In this document: positions 43,795 to 53,588 of the stretch, piece by piece
How the letters are laid out: every line of letters starts with the position of its first letter
Numbering within the stretch: the first letter of the stretch is position 1
Assembly (NCBI GenBank): GCA_002773945.1
Contig: PEZT01000028.1
Coordinates: forward strand, 4,034-68,033
Source: Candidatus Beckwithbacteria bacterium CG10_big_fil_rev_8_21_14_0_10_34_10
GTDB taxonomy: Bacteria; Patescibacteriota; Microgenomatia; UBA1400
DNA length: 64,000 bases
Direction: 5' to 3'
Program-made: the position numbers and the translations under genes
Notes under the pieces: generated by a model
What the model was told of the DNA's origin: nothing
The model's database searches: none
Seen by the model: the letters and a program-made list of their open reading frames with translations, nothing else

Positions 43795-44445
43795 TTAACC
43801 TATTAATAGACTGAAAATATTAAGGGAGGCATGAGCCACTATAGGCGCTATAATTCCTTTAGTTTTCCAAAAAACGTAGCCATCAATTAAACCTAATCCT
43901 ATGGCCAAACTTAGATGCTTTCCTAAACCTAAAAATGTTTGGCTTTGGTCAAAAATAAGAATCGGAAGATGAATAACAAAAAACAATATCCCGACAATAA
44001 TATTTGATCCTAATTTTGAATTAATGACTTTATTAATCCGGGTCATTAAAAAACCCCTAAAAACAATTTCTTCGGAAACAGCGGTAAAAAAAGCGCTTAG
44101 GCTATATATAAGAAAAGCGATTAAACCTAAATTTAAAGGATTAAAACTGATAGGCTTACCTTTAATTACCAAGGAGAGAAGATATTCAAAGAGAATGAAA
44201 ATACTTATTCCTAAACCTATTAGAATATTTTTCCAAAACTTTAAAAATACTATTCCTAGGCTTTTTAATTGTTTTTTTTCAATTCTCTTAACAATTAAAA
44301 ATATTGGTAAAAGCCAAAGAATCGGTTTAAAAATAAGCTCGTCCCAAGGCTCGCTTAAATTGCTTAAGTACCGGTATATCCCCCAGATTGAAAAAAGGTA
44401 GAAAAAATAAACTAAGACTAATAGGTTTTTTGTCTTTTTTTCCAT
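43795..44445 (-). CDS. CPBP-family (CAAX) intramembrane metalloprotease
   Basis: 216 aa. Motif 1 SEEIVFRGF (EExxxR), FFVIH, and HASLN motif 3. Confidence 0.7.
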   Translation of the reverse strand: MEKKTKNLLVLVYFFYLFSIWGIYRYLSNLSEPWDELIFKPILWLLPIFLIVKRIEKKQLKSLGIVFLKFWKNILIGLGISIFILFEYLLSLVIKGKPISFNPLNLGLIAFLIYSLSAFFTAVSEEIVFRGFLMTRINKVINSKLGSNIIVGILFFVIHLPILIFDQSQTFLGLGKHLSLAIGLGLIDGYVFWKTKGIIAPIVAHASLNIFSLLIG

Positions 44446-44475
44446 TCTTGTAAGCTCATTTTGCTGTCTTTTTTC

Positions 44476-45297
44476 CTATCTCTTGTTTTGTTCAATTAAG
44501 GACCAGATAGTCTTTGGTAGTTGATCACATAAATCAGAAGCATTAAAAAATGGCCCTACTTTTTTATATAACTTATCTCCAGCCAAACCATTAAGATAAA
44601 TTCCAGCGGCAGCGGCTAAAAACAAGTCATTTTTACAAGCCAGGGCGGCAATTAAACCAGCTAAAACATCACCTGTTCCTCCCTTAGTCATTCCTTCATT
44701 GCCAGTTTTGTTTAAAACACACTCTTTTTCAGAACAAACCAAATCAACTTCCCCCTTAAGAACAATTGTACAAGTATATTGACTGGCTTTTTCCTGAATC
44801 ACAAAAGCTGGGTTAGTTTCTTTTAAATTAAAAAGGTTAATAAACTCTTTTTTATGAGGAGTAATAATAACTTGAGTCAAATCTTTAAGGTCTTGGGCTT
44901 TAATCATTTGCAAAGAACCAGCATCAATCACCCATTTTTTGTGAGGGTATTTATTTAAAAGCTTTTTGGTGATTATGTTTGTTTCCAACTCTCTCATTAA
45001 GCCTGAGCCAATTAAAACCACATCAGATTCTTTAATATAATCATCTATTTTCCCTTCAGGAATACAGATAAAATCATAAAGATTAGAATTTAATTTTTTA
45101 GTTAAAGCTTGATTTTCTTTAATAGTGGCATAAAAAACCATATCTACTATCCTAGAGGCTGTTTTTAAAGCCCATAAAGAGGCTCCATGAAAAAGACTGG
45201 AACCGCCAATAAGGGTTAATTTACCATTCTGACCCTTATGAGAATTTTTGGGTGGCAAAAAAAGTTTTGAAATAATTTCCGGGCCAATTGTTTTCAT
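44476..45297 (-). CDS. nnrD: ADP-dependent NAD(P)H-hydrate dehydratase (YjeF C-terminal domain)
   Basis: 273 aa. LTLIGGSSLFHGAS and the GGTGDVLAGLIAA motifs. Confidence 0.75.
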   Translation of the reverse strand: MKTIGPEIISKLFLPPKNSHKGQNGKLTLIGGSSLFHGASLWALKTASRIVDMVFYATIKENQALTKKLNSNLYDFICIPEGKIDDYIKESDVVLIGSGLMRELETNIITKKLLNKYPHKKWVIDAGSLQMIKAQDLKDLTQVIITPHKKEFINLFNLKETNPAFVIQEKASQYTCTIVLKGEVDLVCSEKECVLNKTGNEGMTKGGTGDVLAGLIAALACKNDLFLAAAAGIYLNGLAGDKLYKKVGPFFNASDLCDQLPKTIWSLIEQNKR

Positions 45298-45307
45298 AAA
45301 GAATATT

Positions 45308-45991
45308 TTACACTATTTTCTTAAAAACAGGAGAAAGAAGAAAAACTAAACCTAAAACCAAAAGAATAATAGTGGGATAGGAAACTCCAGTCACTGGAAT
45401 TGGCGGTGATCCATCAGTTCCCCCTACTCCAGGACTTGAACTTGGATTTGGACTAGAGCTAGCACTTGGGCTTGGACTAACATCAGTGGCTGATAAAGTA
45501 TAACTGCCATTAATATTTGAAGTACAAACAATAATATCTAATGGAGTCGGATCATTAATATTAGAGTCTGTACTACTACCTTCAGTACAGTCAAAAGTCA
45601 TGGTGGCTGTTCCTGAAGTAGCTTTGGATTTAACTGTTAAGGTCGCTAAAGTACCGGTTCCGGTTTTGCTCTCCAGCATCGAACCTAAAGAAAGATTAGC
45701 ATTAATAACTACTTGGCCATTCGAATTATAAATATTGTAGGAAACATCATCAAAAAAGTCTCCTTCAGCTACCGTTGATACCTCTAAAAGGCTGGCATCA
45801 TAATTAATGACTGCTTTAGCGCTTTTAGCCGCTTGGCCGCCAGTATCAATATTAACTCCAACACTCGTTCCAGCTCCACTTATTATCCCAGAAGCCGGCG
45901 AAAGTTCTAAGTGAGGATCAGCTGCCAAGGCCTTTTTAGGAACAAAAAGAAAAAAAGAAAGTAATAAAAAAATAAGGCAGGTTTTTTTCAT
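45308..45991 (-). CDS. Secreted cohesin-like domain protein with Ser/Pro linker and sortase-like C-terminal sorting signal
   Basis: 227 aa. Signal peptide. The beta-rich domain has the VINYDASLLEV cohesin-like segment. The PSPSASSSPNPSSSP linker is followed by IPVTG, a hydrophobic helix and a KKIV tail, which is an LPxTG-like pattern. Confidence 0.5.
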   Translation of the reverse strand: MKKTCLIFLLLSFFLFVPKKALAADPHLELSPASGIISGAGTSVGVNIDTGGQAAKSAKAVINYDASLLEVSTVAEGDFFDDVSYNIYNSNGQVVINANLSLGSMLESKTGTGTLATLTVKSKATSGTATMTFDCTEGSSTDSNINDPTPLDIIVCTSNINGSYTLSATDVSPSPSASSSPNPSSSPGVGGTDGSPPIPVTGVSYPTIILLVLGLVFLLSPVFKKIV

Positions 45992-46005
45992 ATATTTAAT
46001 ATAAC

Positions 46006-46599
46006 TTAGTTTATTTTAATAGTCAAAGGAGCCGCTTCCTTTAATAAATCTTGACCACCATATCCAGCAATATGAGTTTTATCTTCATCAAAAATAAACT
46101 CAGCCGAACCTTTTTCTTTGGCCATCACTGATAAACTAACCACTATTTCCTGATTTAATTTTTCATTTTTATTAACATCTTGTAAGGCAATTACTCTTAC
46201 CTCTTCCTTATCTAAATCAATCTTTTTTTGGGGATAAAGTTTAAAATAACTGTTTTCTTTGATTTCTTTTATTTCAATAATTTTGGAATCAAAACCTAAA
46301 ACAAACTCAACTCCATCAACTTCTTCTCCTTGACCATCAACTAAAACTTGCAGCTCAAAAGTCTCTCCCTGATCGTAACTTTTTTTATTGGTTTTAAGGA
46401 AAAGGGTAAGATTATTTTCAGCCTTAATTTCTCCTAAATCAAATTCTCTTGGTGAAGGTTCAACTTCCTTAGTAATTGTCTCTATTTCTTTATCTAACCT
46501 GGAAATTTCCTTTTCTGTCCACTGACGGAAAATAAAATAGCCGAATAAAGCTAGTCCTAACATTAAAAAAATAGAGACTAAAGGAACATATTTCTTCAT
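46006..46599 (-). CDS. Membrane-anchored protein with cohesin-like beta domain
   Basis: 197 aa. N-terminal TM segment. VEFVLGFDSKIIEIKEI resembles the cohesin f-x-l-x-YD...L motif. Confidence 0.4.
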   Translation of the reverse strand: MKKYVPLVSIFLMLGLALFGYFIFRQWTEKEISRLDKEIETITKEVEPSPREFDLGEIKAENNLTLFLKTNKKSYDQGETFELQVLVDGQGEEVDGVEFVLGFDSKIIEIKEIKENSYFKLYPQKKIDLDKEEVRVIALQDVNKNEKLNQEIVVSLSVMAKEKGSAEFIFDEDKTHIAGYGGQDLLKEAAPLTIKIN

Positions 46600-46608
46600 T
46601 TTTCTCCT

Positions 46609-47934
46609 TTATTCATCATCTGGTCTTTCTGACAAAGTTTTGTATAAAAGATCAATATCAGTACTGTCTGTCACACTGTCAAAATTAGCATCAGCCCAAT
46701 GACAGGTATCATCATAAAGCTGATCTCCCATTTTAGCATTAGCTTCTACGCAGGATTTAATAACTGAATAGTCGGTTACTCCCACACTTCCATTCTGATC
46801 AATATCCCCAAATTCTAAAGGCCGGTTGCTAAAATCAAATTGAAAATTGTCTAAATCTATATCAATCCCTGTTCCCCTAGGACAAGTGGTTTCTTTTCCT
46901 TGATTATCAACACAAAATATAATCTGACGGTGAGAAGGTCCTTTAAGTTTAACAATATAAGTGCCATCAGTTAAAACAGGTGGTGGAGAAGAACTTGTAT
47001 AAACATAACCCAATGTTCCTTCTATATTGTAAGGTGAGGGACAACTATTATCTCCAGGGATATTGAAATGATCATAAACCTGGCCACCAGCATAACAGCG
47101 ACGCAAGGGTACAGTTCCTTCAATTTGATTAGGATATATATAAACAACAAAGTCTTCCATTTGATAAGGTGAAGGGCAACTATCACCAGTTTTGGAAAAA
47201 TGGTCTTGGACCTGACCACCAGCATAACATCTATATAAAGGAACTGTTCCTGTTTGCTGGCTGATAGAAGCATAAAATAAGGTTCCTTCCCAATTATAGC
47301 CTTCTAAACCTTCGCAATCTCCCTGAGTAGTAATAAAATGGTCTTTTTGGGGATTTGCTCCTCCCCGATAACACCTTCCTACTTTAACTAAACCTGAGGG
47401 ATTAGGACTAACTGGAGCTGAAGACGGAGAAGGAGAAGGGCTGGAGTTAACCCCGCATGGTCCAAGAGTTTTAGTATTAGTTAACTGGGTATCATTACCT
47501 TGGCCAATATTTACTCCAATAGCAGTAATCTGATAAGTTCCTCCATCTTTTAAACTTTCGGGTGTCTGAATACTAAAACCATGATTGCAGTTCCCCCCGC
47601 AAGAATCACAAACCCCCTGTTCTCTTGTTTTATCTGCTTTAACTGTAGCTATTAATTGATTCCCAGCATAAATTTCAACATCAATTGTTTTTTTATAACC
47701 AGTCTTATCACAAGCCCAACCAGCTATCTTATTACAATCAGCCCCATCTAAAAATCCTTTAGGACTTTTAGACGAAGATGCTGATTGAGAATATATTTCG
47801 GCCTGTTTAACTGTTTTACTTTCTAAAGTAATAATACCACCTATAAAAAATAGAAGGCTTAAGGTACCTAGTATTAAAGCACTATAAAATGGCAGGTGGG
47901 TATTTTTTATGTTTATCTTCATTTTATTCACCAT
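46609..47934 (-). CDS. Membrane-anchored surface protein with DUF5648-like (LYRCY...DHF) repeats and C-terminal dockerin-like Ca-binding repeats
   Basis: 441 aa. There are two copies of TVPL(Y/R)RCYAGGQV(Q/Y)DHF. The C-terminal DIDQNGSVGVTDYSVIK and ADANFDSVTDSTDIDLLYK resemble the dockerin DxNxDGxVxxxD pair. Confidence 0.45.
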   Translation of the reverse strand: MVNKMKINIKNTHLPFYSALILGTLSLLFFIGGIITLESKTVKQAEIYSQSASSSKSPKGFLDGADCNKIAGWACDKTGYKKTIDVEIYAGNQLIATVKADKTREQGVCDSCGGNCNHGFSIQTPESLKDGGTYQITAIGVNIGQGNDTQLTNTKTLGPCGVNSSPSPSPSSAPVSPNPSGLVKVGRCYRGGANPQKDHFITTQGDCEGLEGYNWEGTLFYASISQQTGTVPLYRCYAGGQVQDHFSKTGDSCPSPYQMEDFVVYIYPNQIEGTVPLRRCYAGGQVYDHFNIPGDNSCPSPYNIEGTLGYVYTSSSPPPVLTDGTYIVKLKGPSHRQIIFCVDNQGKETTCPRGTGIDIDLDNFQFDFSNRPLEFGDIDQNGSVGVTDYSVIKSCVEANAKMGDQLYDDTCHWADANFDSVTDSTDIDLLYKTLSERPDDE

Positions 47935-49763
47935 TCAAAATTTGCTTTCCAAATATTTCCAGCTTCATCATAAATAAAATCAATGTAGTCTGAAAAAGCT
48001 GTTTCTCCATCTGAGGCTCTCTCAATTGTCACTAAAATCTTTTTTTGCCTATTATCCTCAGGTAAATTTATAATGTTGTTATTGGCTGGCACCCCATCAA
48101 AGTTAACCTTAAGATCTAAAGTTCTCACACCAGTATAATAATTATTAGCACATTTTAAAGTATCTTTATTCCAACATTTAGTTTCTCCACAATCACAATC
48201 AAAAACATCTCCTACAGGGCAGGCAATGGCAATAAGGCTGGGCCAAACAAGCTCACAACTATCACCACAACTATTATTAAAACCTGTCCAGGTGCCATTA
48301 GGATCAGCTTCACAAGCTGATTGATCTGCCGAAGGAGATGGAGAAGGACTTACCAAGGGGCTTGGTGAAGGGCTAGGCGATGGAGTTAATGGTGGATTAT
48401 CAACACAAGTTGAACCATCCCAACACTTACTAGAACCACAATCACAACCATAAGTCATGGCTGAAGAACAATTTTGGCTTGGATCAGCCGCATAATAACA
48501 GCTATCAAGACAAGAATTTGACATCATTCTCCAGGTTCCACCCTCAGCTATACAAACTTCTTCTGGAGTAGAAGATCCAGATTGACAAACCCCTTGAACA
48601 CATTCTTCTCCGGATGAAACATCACAAACATTGCCGCAAACTCCACAATGTTCTTCACTCCAATATGTATTAGTCTCACAACCATCTGTCCAATCATTAT
48701 TACAATTTCCCTGAAGAGAATCACAAACACAAAGGTTATTCTCGCAAGTCGCACTAGATCCACAATCATTACTAGTTTCGCAAGATCCCGGCATAGATTC
48801 AACTATTTTTACCATCCCAACATCAGATATCCACTCACTAGCAGAATTATTACTCACATTAATCTGATTATTACCATTAATGTCCATTGTAAAAATTTCA
48901 TAGTTTGGGCTAATAAGTTTAGTAAAAATAATTTTACTTTCATCTGTAGAGCAAGCTCCAGCGTAACCCCTATTGCCAGATATATTTACCAAACCGCTAC
49001 CATCATTTTTATTCATTGTATAAACACCATTGTTTTCGTCAAAAGGAGTAAATAAAACATAATTTCCGCAAACAAAGGCATTATAATCATCACCATCTGT
49101 TCCTCCAATCCATTCTAGGGTTGATTCATCTCCTGGATCATTAGGATCAATTCGCCAAATATCATTTCCAGAACTTACAGATTTATATGAAGTAAAATAT
49201 ATTTTATTATCACTTGACCAATGAGAATCAGTTGCTTGAAGCTTAGTTAATAATACAGAATTGGTTGTATTATTAAGATCAAGTATAGAAAGTTCGCCTT
49301 GAGCACTCGTATAAACTATTTTATTACCATCTGGTGAAAAATCAGCCTTTAAACTATTGCTAAAATTTAAGTCTATTAGTTTTTCCTCATTGCTTCCGTT
49401 AATATCCATTATCCATAAATCCCAACTATTTTGACTATTCTGCCTATTAAAAACAATTGTTTCTCCATCAGGTGACAAATGTGCTTCTTTATCAGCTAGA
49501 CTGTTATCCGTCAATTGTTTTACATCACTACCATCAAGGTTCATCATATAAATTTCATCATCGCCATCTCTATTAGAACTAAATATAATTTTTTCCTCTT
49601 GAGTTTCACTGAGAAAAGCTTCTGGTTGTCTTTCTATTAAGCCTTTTTTACTAAATATAGCTAAACCAAAAAAGATAAATAGAGCTAAAGCCCCCAAAAG
49701 GGTTGAAGAAAAATAAGGAAGGTGGGACCATCTTATGTTTGGCCTTTTTGTGTTTTCCATCAC
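47928..49763 (-). CDS. Membrane-anchored surface protein: TolB-like beta-propeller (PD40 repeats) + Cys-rich modules + PS-repeat linkers
   Basis: 611 aa. It has repeated SPDG...IVF / DLW-type PD40 segments, followed by a Cys-rich region (CxxCxNxC patterns) separated by PSPSPSPSP linkers. Confidence 0.5.
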   Translation of the reverse strand: MMENTKRPNIRWSHLPYFSSTLLGALALFIFFGLAIFSKKGLIERQPEAFLSETQEEKIIFSSNRDGDDEIYMMNLDGSDVKQLTDNSLADKEAHLSPDGETIVFNRQNSQNSWDLWIMDINGSNEEKLIDLNFSNSLKADFSPDGNKIVYTSAQGELSILDLNNTTNSVLLTKLQATDSHWSSDNKIYFTSYKSVSSGNDIWRIDPNDPGDESTLEWIGGTDGDDYNAFVCGNYVLFTPFDENNGVYTMNKNDGSGLVNISGNRGYAGACSTDESKIIFTKLISPNYEIFTMDINGNNQINVSNNSASEWISDVGMVKIVESMPGSCETSNDCGSSATCENNLCVCDSLQGNCNNDWTDGCETNTYWSEEHCGVCGNVCDVSSGEECVQGVCQSGSSTPEEVCIAEGGTWRMMSNSCLDSCYYAADPSQNCSSAMTYGCDCGSSKCWDGSTCVDNPPLTPSPSPSPSPLVSPSPSPSADQSACEADPNGTWTGFNNSCGDSCELVWPSLIAIACPVGDVFDCDCGETKCWNKDTLKCANNYYTGVRTLDLKVNFDGVPANNNIINLPEDNRQKKILVTIERASDGETAFSDYIDFIYDEAGNIWKANFEW

Positions 49764-49789
49764 TTATACCACTATAAGATTACAACAGG

Positions 49790-50842
49790 CTAATTGTCAA
49801 TATTAAGTTTAATAAACAGGCTATCTTTTATCTCTTTTTTAATATCTTTATCTATTTCTTCTCCAGTATTAGTAATAATTGTCTGGTAATCATTAATAAT
49901 TTTTATAACTAGTTTTCTATTTTTTTTATCTAATTCTGAAAAAATATCATCAAGAAGAAGAATTGGTTTTTGGTTTGTTTTTTGAATAACAAATTTTAAT
50001 TCTGCCAGCTTTAGATAAAGAACAGCTAAACGCTGTTCTCCCCGACTACCATATAAAGATAAATCTTTCCGACCATTAGCCTTATGTTTTAAAAACTTAA
50101 AATCATCTCTGTGGGGCCCAACTAAAGTCATCCCTAAGGCTAGTTCTGCCTGTTTGTATTTTTCCAGTCTTTGGAGAGTAATTGGACTTTTGTCATAAAT
50201 AATCTCTGTGTCTTTAAATTGTTTATTATAAAAAATAATCATTATTTCTCTTGTTTGATTAATGATCTGACCGTTTTTTATTAACAACTGATTCCAAAAG
50301 GTCAATTGAGATTCTTTAGCCTCTCCTTCCCTAATTTTAGAAAGAACTTTATTTCTCTGTCTTAAACCTTTATTGTAAGCCGAAAGACAAGTTCGATACT
50401 GCCAATCAAGCTGTTCTAAAATAAGGTTTAAATAATCTCTTCTAATTGAGGGTGAGCCTAAAACTAGATTAATATCTTCTGGTTTAAAAAGAACCGCTCT
50501 TAAGCTTCCTAAAAAATCCGGCAGTCTTTTGGGAGTATTATTAATTTTATATAGTTTTTTGTTGGTTCTTTTACCGTTAATTTCCCCACGAGTTAAAATT
50601 ATTTCTAATTCATCTTTTTCTATTTTTCCTTTTACTCTACTAAATTCAGACTCATATTTAATCATTTCTGTATCTTGGCTGGCCCGAAAGCTTTTGCCAG
50701 AAGCCAGTAAGTAAATTGCTTCTAAAACATTAGTTTTGCCAGCTGTGTTGGGACCTAGTAAAAAACAAGTCTTAAAAGAAAACTTAAATTCTCTTTTTTT
50801 AAAGGAACGAAAGTTTTCTAATTGAATTAATTTTAAAATCAT
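49790..50842 (-). CDS. recF: DNA replication and repair protein RecF
   Basis: Walker A GPNTAGKTNVLEAIYLL is near the N-terminus and the length is SMC-like. The start is chosen at ATG 50842 (MILKLIQLENFRSF), 1 nt after the mutM stop. Confidence 0.8.
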   Translation of the reverse strand: MILKLIQLENFRSFKKREFKFSFKTCFLLGPNTAGKTNVLEAIYLLASGKSFRASQDTEMIKYESEFSRVKGKIEKDELEIILTRGEINGKRTNKKLYKINNTPKRLPDFLGSLRAVLFKPEDINLVLGSPSIRRDYLNLILEQLDWQYRTCLSAYNKGLRQRNKVLSKIREGEAKESQLTFWNQLLIKNGQIINQTREIMIIFYNKQFKDTEIIYDKSPITLQRLEKYKQAELALGMTLVGPHRDDFKFLKHKANGRKDLSLYGSRGEQRLAVLYLKLAELKFVIQKTNQKPILLLDDIFSELDKKNRKLVIKIINDYQTIITNTGEEIDKDIKKEIKDSLFIKLNIDN

Positions 50843-50843
50843 T

Positions 50844-51656
50844 TTATTTTTGACAAACCGGGCAGTAAAAAGTTCCTCGGCCACCCAGTTTTATTTTCTT
50901 AATTAGCTTTTTACATTGATGACACTTTTTACCATTTTTTTGGTAAACTTTAAAATGAGTTTGGTATTGGCCTTTACTACCATCAGGTAAACGGTAGTTT
51001 TCATCAGCCGCTGTTGAACCTTTATATTTTATTCCTTTTCTTAAAACCTTTATTATCCCTAGTCTCAATTTTTTAATTTCCTTATCAGTTAAACTATTGC
51101 TTGGTCTTATAGGTAGAATTTTAGCTTGATACAAAGCTTCATTAGCATAAATATTGCCAATCCCGCTAATTTTCTTTTGATCCAATAAACTTAATTTAAT
51201 AGCCCTTCTAGATCTAGTTAATATTTTTTTAAGATAGCCATCATTAAATTCTTTGAAAAAAGGCTCCGGACCAAGGATGGTAAATTCTTTTTCTAAATCT
51301 TTATTATTAAAAAGCTTAATCCAACCAAATATTCTCAAATCATTAAATACTAATCTACTTTTATCATTAAAGTTAATAACAACTCTTTGATGTTTTAAAT
51401 CTTCTATTTTATTTTTAGTTTGATAAATTAATTGACCGGTCATTTTTAAGTGGATTAAAAGATTGTTTTCTTTTTCCAGTTTGAAATAAAGGTTTTTGCC
51501 CCGGCGCCCCAAAGAGAGGATTTCTAATCCCCAAACTTTATTCTGATTACCTCTAAAGCTCTTTTTCTTTAAAACCTCTATGGAAGAAATTATGTTTCCT
51601 TTTATCTTTTTTTCTAAACTGTTTTTAATTGTTTCTACTTCTGGAAGTTCTGGCAT
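50844..51656 (-). CDS. mutM: Formamidopyrimidine-DNA glycosylase (Fpg/Nei family)
   Basis: 270 aa. The N-terminus MPELPEVE has the catalytic Pro2 and Glu3. The C-terminal zinc finger is CHQC...CPVC. Confidence 0.85.
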   Translation of the reverse strand: MPELPEVETIKNSLEKKIKGNIISSIEVLKKKSFRGNQNKVWGLEILSLGRRGKNLYFKLEKENNLLIHLKMTGQLIYQTKNKIEDLKHQRVVINFNDKSRLVFNDLRIFGWIKLFNNKDLEKEFTILGPEPFFKEFNDGYLKKILTRSRRAIKLSLLDQKKISGIGNIYANEALYQAKILPIRPSNSLTDKEIKKLRLGIIKVLRKGIKYKGSTAADENYRLPDGSKGQYQTHFKVYQKNGKKCHQCKKLIKKIKLGGRGTFYCPVCQK

Positions 51657-51724
51657 AAATTACTATTTATCCAATTAATTATTTTTATATATTAAAATTC
51701 CCTTATTATTATATAATAAGTAGT

Positions 51725-52489
51725 ATGGAAAATATTGAACTGATTAGTATTGCGGCTGTTTTGATTTTTGGCTCTTTTTTAGCCTACAAGTCAAAATTCT
51801 TTCATAATAAAAAAATTGGTTATATTTCCTTTCTTCAAATTTTTTATTTAATTCTTATTCCCGGTCTTTTATATACCATTATTTTTTCTTATCTTTTAGA
51901 TGTTTTAGACAGACCTTTAAATGATTATGTCTTTATCAAAGATAAAATTTTAATTAGTCTTCTTTTGCTATCTATTCTATATACTTATGGCGGGTTAGCT
52001 ATCCACGGAGTGGCTAAAACTGTCTCTTCATATTTTGAAAAAAAAGACAGGGATTCTTTAGTCTTTAAGGTTAATGAATATTTTCATATGAATTTTAGTC
52101 ATAATCTTACTTTTATTGGCGGAGTAGTAACCGCCACCTGCTTTGCTCTTTTAGAATTAAACCACTTTTCTCCTTATCCTAAAGAAAGCAGTTTTTTAAT
52201 TATCATCTTAAATGGATGTTTTATAGGCTTAGCTTCGGTTTTAGGCCTTAGTGTTTATAAAAGAAGGTGGTTAGAATTAAAATTTTTCTTTGGAAGTTTA
52301 TGGCTGATGATTATTGTTTTAATTTATGCAGTTAAGCCCTATATCAAAAATGTTGAAAGTTATCCTTTTACCCTAATGCTTTTAGTGGCCTTTTCTATCT
52401 TAGCGGGCTTAAATATTTTTCTTTATGTTCGAAGAATAAAAAACAAAATTAGAATTAATTTAAAAGTTCCTAAAGATTTTTTTGAATAA
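51725..52489 (+). CDS. Hypothetical integral membrane protein
   Basis: 254 aa with 6-7 TM helices. Confidence 0.4.
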   Translation: MENIELISIAAVLIFGSFLAYKSKFFHNKKIGYISFLQIFYLILIPGLLYTIIFSYLLDVLDRPLNDYVFIKDKILISLLLLSILYTYGGLAIHGVAKTVSSYFEKKDRDSLVFKVNEYFHMNFSHNLTFIGGVVTATCFALLELNHFSPYPKESSFLIIILNGCFIGLASVLGLSVYKRRWLELKFFFGSLWLMIIVLIYAVKPYIKNVESYPFTLMLLVAFSILAGLNIFLYVRRIKNKIRINLKVPKDFFE

Positions 52490-53588
52490 ATTCTATTACT
52501 TCTTTTTTAAATCCTTCTTTAGAAAACTTTCTGGCTTGCTTAAAACAATCTTCTTTTTTAAAAGTCTTAGGGTTAAATAATTTTAAAATGTTAACTAATT
52601 CTTCTAAGTTTACTTTATTAATAAAAGTTCCTGTTTTATTCTCAATAATTGATTCAGGAATTCCGCCAGACCTTAAAGCAATTACTGGTTTTCCAAAACT
52701 CATCGCTTCTATAGGAATCATTCCAAAATCTTCTTTTTCCGCCAAATATATAGCTGCCTGGCAGTTTCTGTATAAAAAGCTTAACTTTTTATCATCAACA
52801 AAGTCAAGAAATTTAATATATTGACTGCTTCCGGTCAACTTTTTTAACCTTTTTTCTTCTGGACCTTGACCCACAATTTTTAAATTAATTCTTAATTTTT
52901 TACAGGCCTTAATAGCTAAATCAACATTTTTATGCCTCACTAAACGGTTAACCATTAAAAAGTATTTATCATTAACTTTTTTTATTTTATTTTCTTCTTT
53001 TAATGGCTTTTCTTTATTAAAAACCGGCGGATAAATTATTTTAGCTTTTCTTTTATAAAACTTTTTAATTCTTTTTTGAACTTCCCTGCTATTACAGATA
53101 AAATGGTCAATTGTTTGACTACTTTTATAGTCATAGATTCTTAAAAAAGGATTAACTAAATTAGCATATAGTCTACCCCACCAAAAGCGCTTAAAATTTA
53201 AAGCCGTTGGGTAACCATAAAGATATCTGGGTGGAGTGTGACAATAACATACATGAATCTCTTTTCCCTTTTTTAAAGACACTCCTTTAGCCATATACCA
53301 AGCCGAAGAAGAAATTACTAAATCAAAATTATTAAAATTAAAACTTCTCCAAATCTTAGGAGCTAGAAACCTTAAGGGTGAACAGATATTTTTTTTAAAA
53401 GGAATTTTATCAAACCATGAAGGGACTATTTTCCAATTTTGCCACTCTGGCTTTTTTTTCTTTAACCAATTCCAATCAACCCAAGCAGTGTAAATTGGTG
53501 CTTGGGGCCAAATTTCATGAAAAGCTTCTAAAACTCTTTCGGCACCGCCATAAGTATAAAGATAATCATGAACCAGGGCAATTTTCAT
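52470..53588 (-). CDS. Family 4 (GT-B) glycosyltransferase
   Basis: 372 aa. FGMIPIEAMSFGKPVIALRSGGIPE is the GT4 C-terminal motif. Confidence 0.7.
   Translation of the reverse strand: MKIALVHDYLYTYGGAERVLEAFHEIWPQAPIYTAWVDWNWLKKKKPEWQNWKIVPSWFDKIPFKKNICSPLRFLAPKIWRSFNFNNFDLVISSSAWYMAKGVSLKKGKEIHVCYCHTPPRYLYGYPTALNFKRFWWGRLYANLVNPFLRIYDYKSSQTIDHFICNSREVQKRIKKFYKRKAKIIYPPVFNKEKPLKEENKIKKVNDKYFLMVNRLVRHKNVDLAIKACKKLRINLKIVGQGPEEKRLKKLTGSSQYIKFLDFVDDKKLSFLYRNCQAAIYLAEKEDFGMIPIEAMSFGKPVIALRSGGIPESIIENKTGTFINKVNLEELVNILKLFNPKTFKKEDCFKQARKFSKEGFKKEVIEFIQKNL

Noticed and set aside
47300-48400. Nucleotide-level short repeats (GGAGAAGGAGAAGG...), considered as a possible CRISPR array or tandem-repeat element
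   Set aside because: They encode the PSPSPSPSP / SPSPS low-complexity linkers of the surface proteins. There are no spacer-repeat periodicity and no cas genes, and no CRISPR array is visible anywhere in the window.
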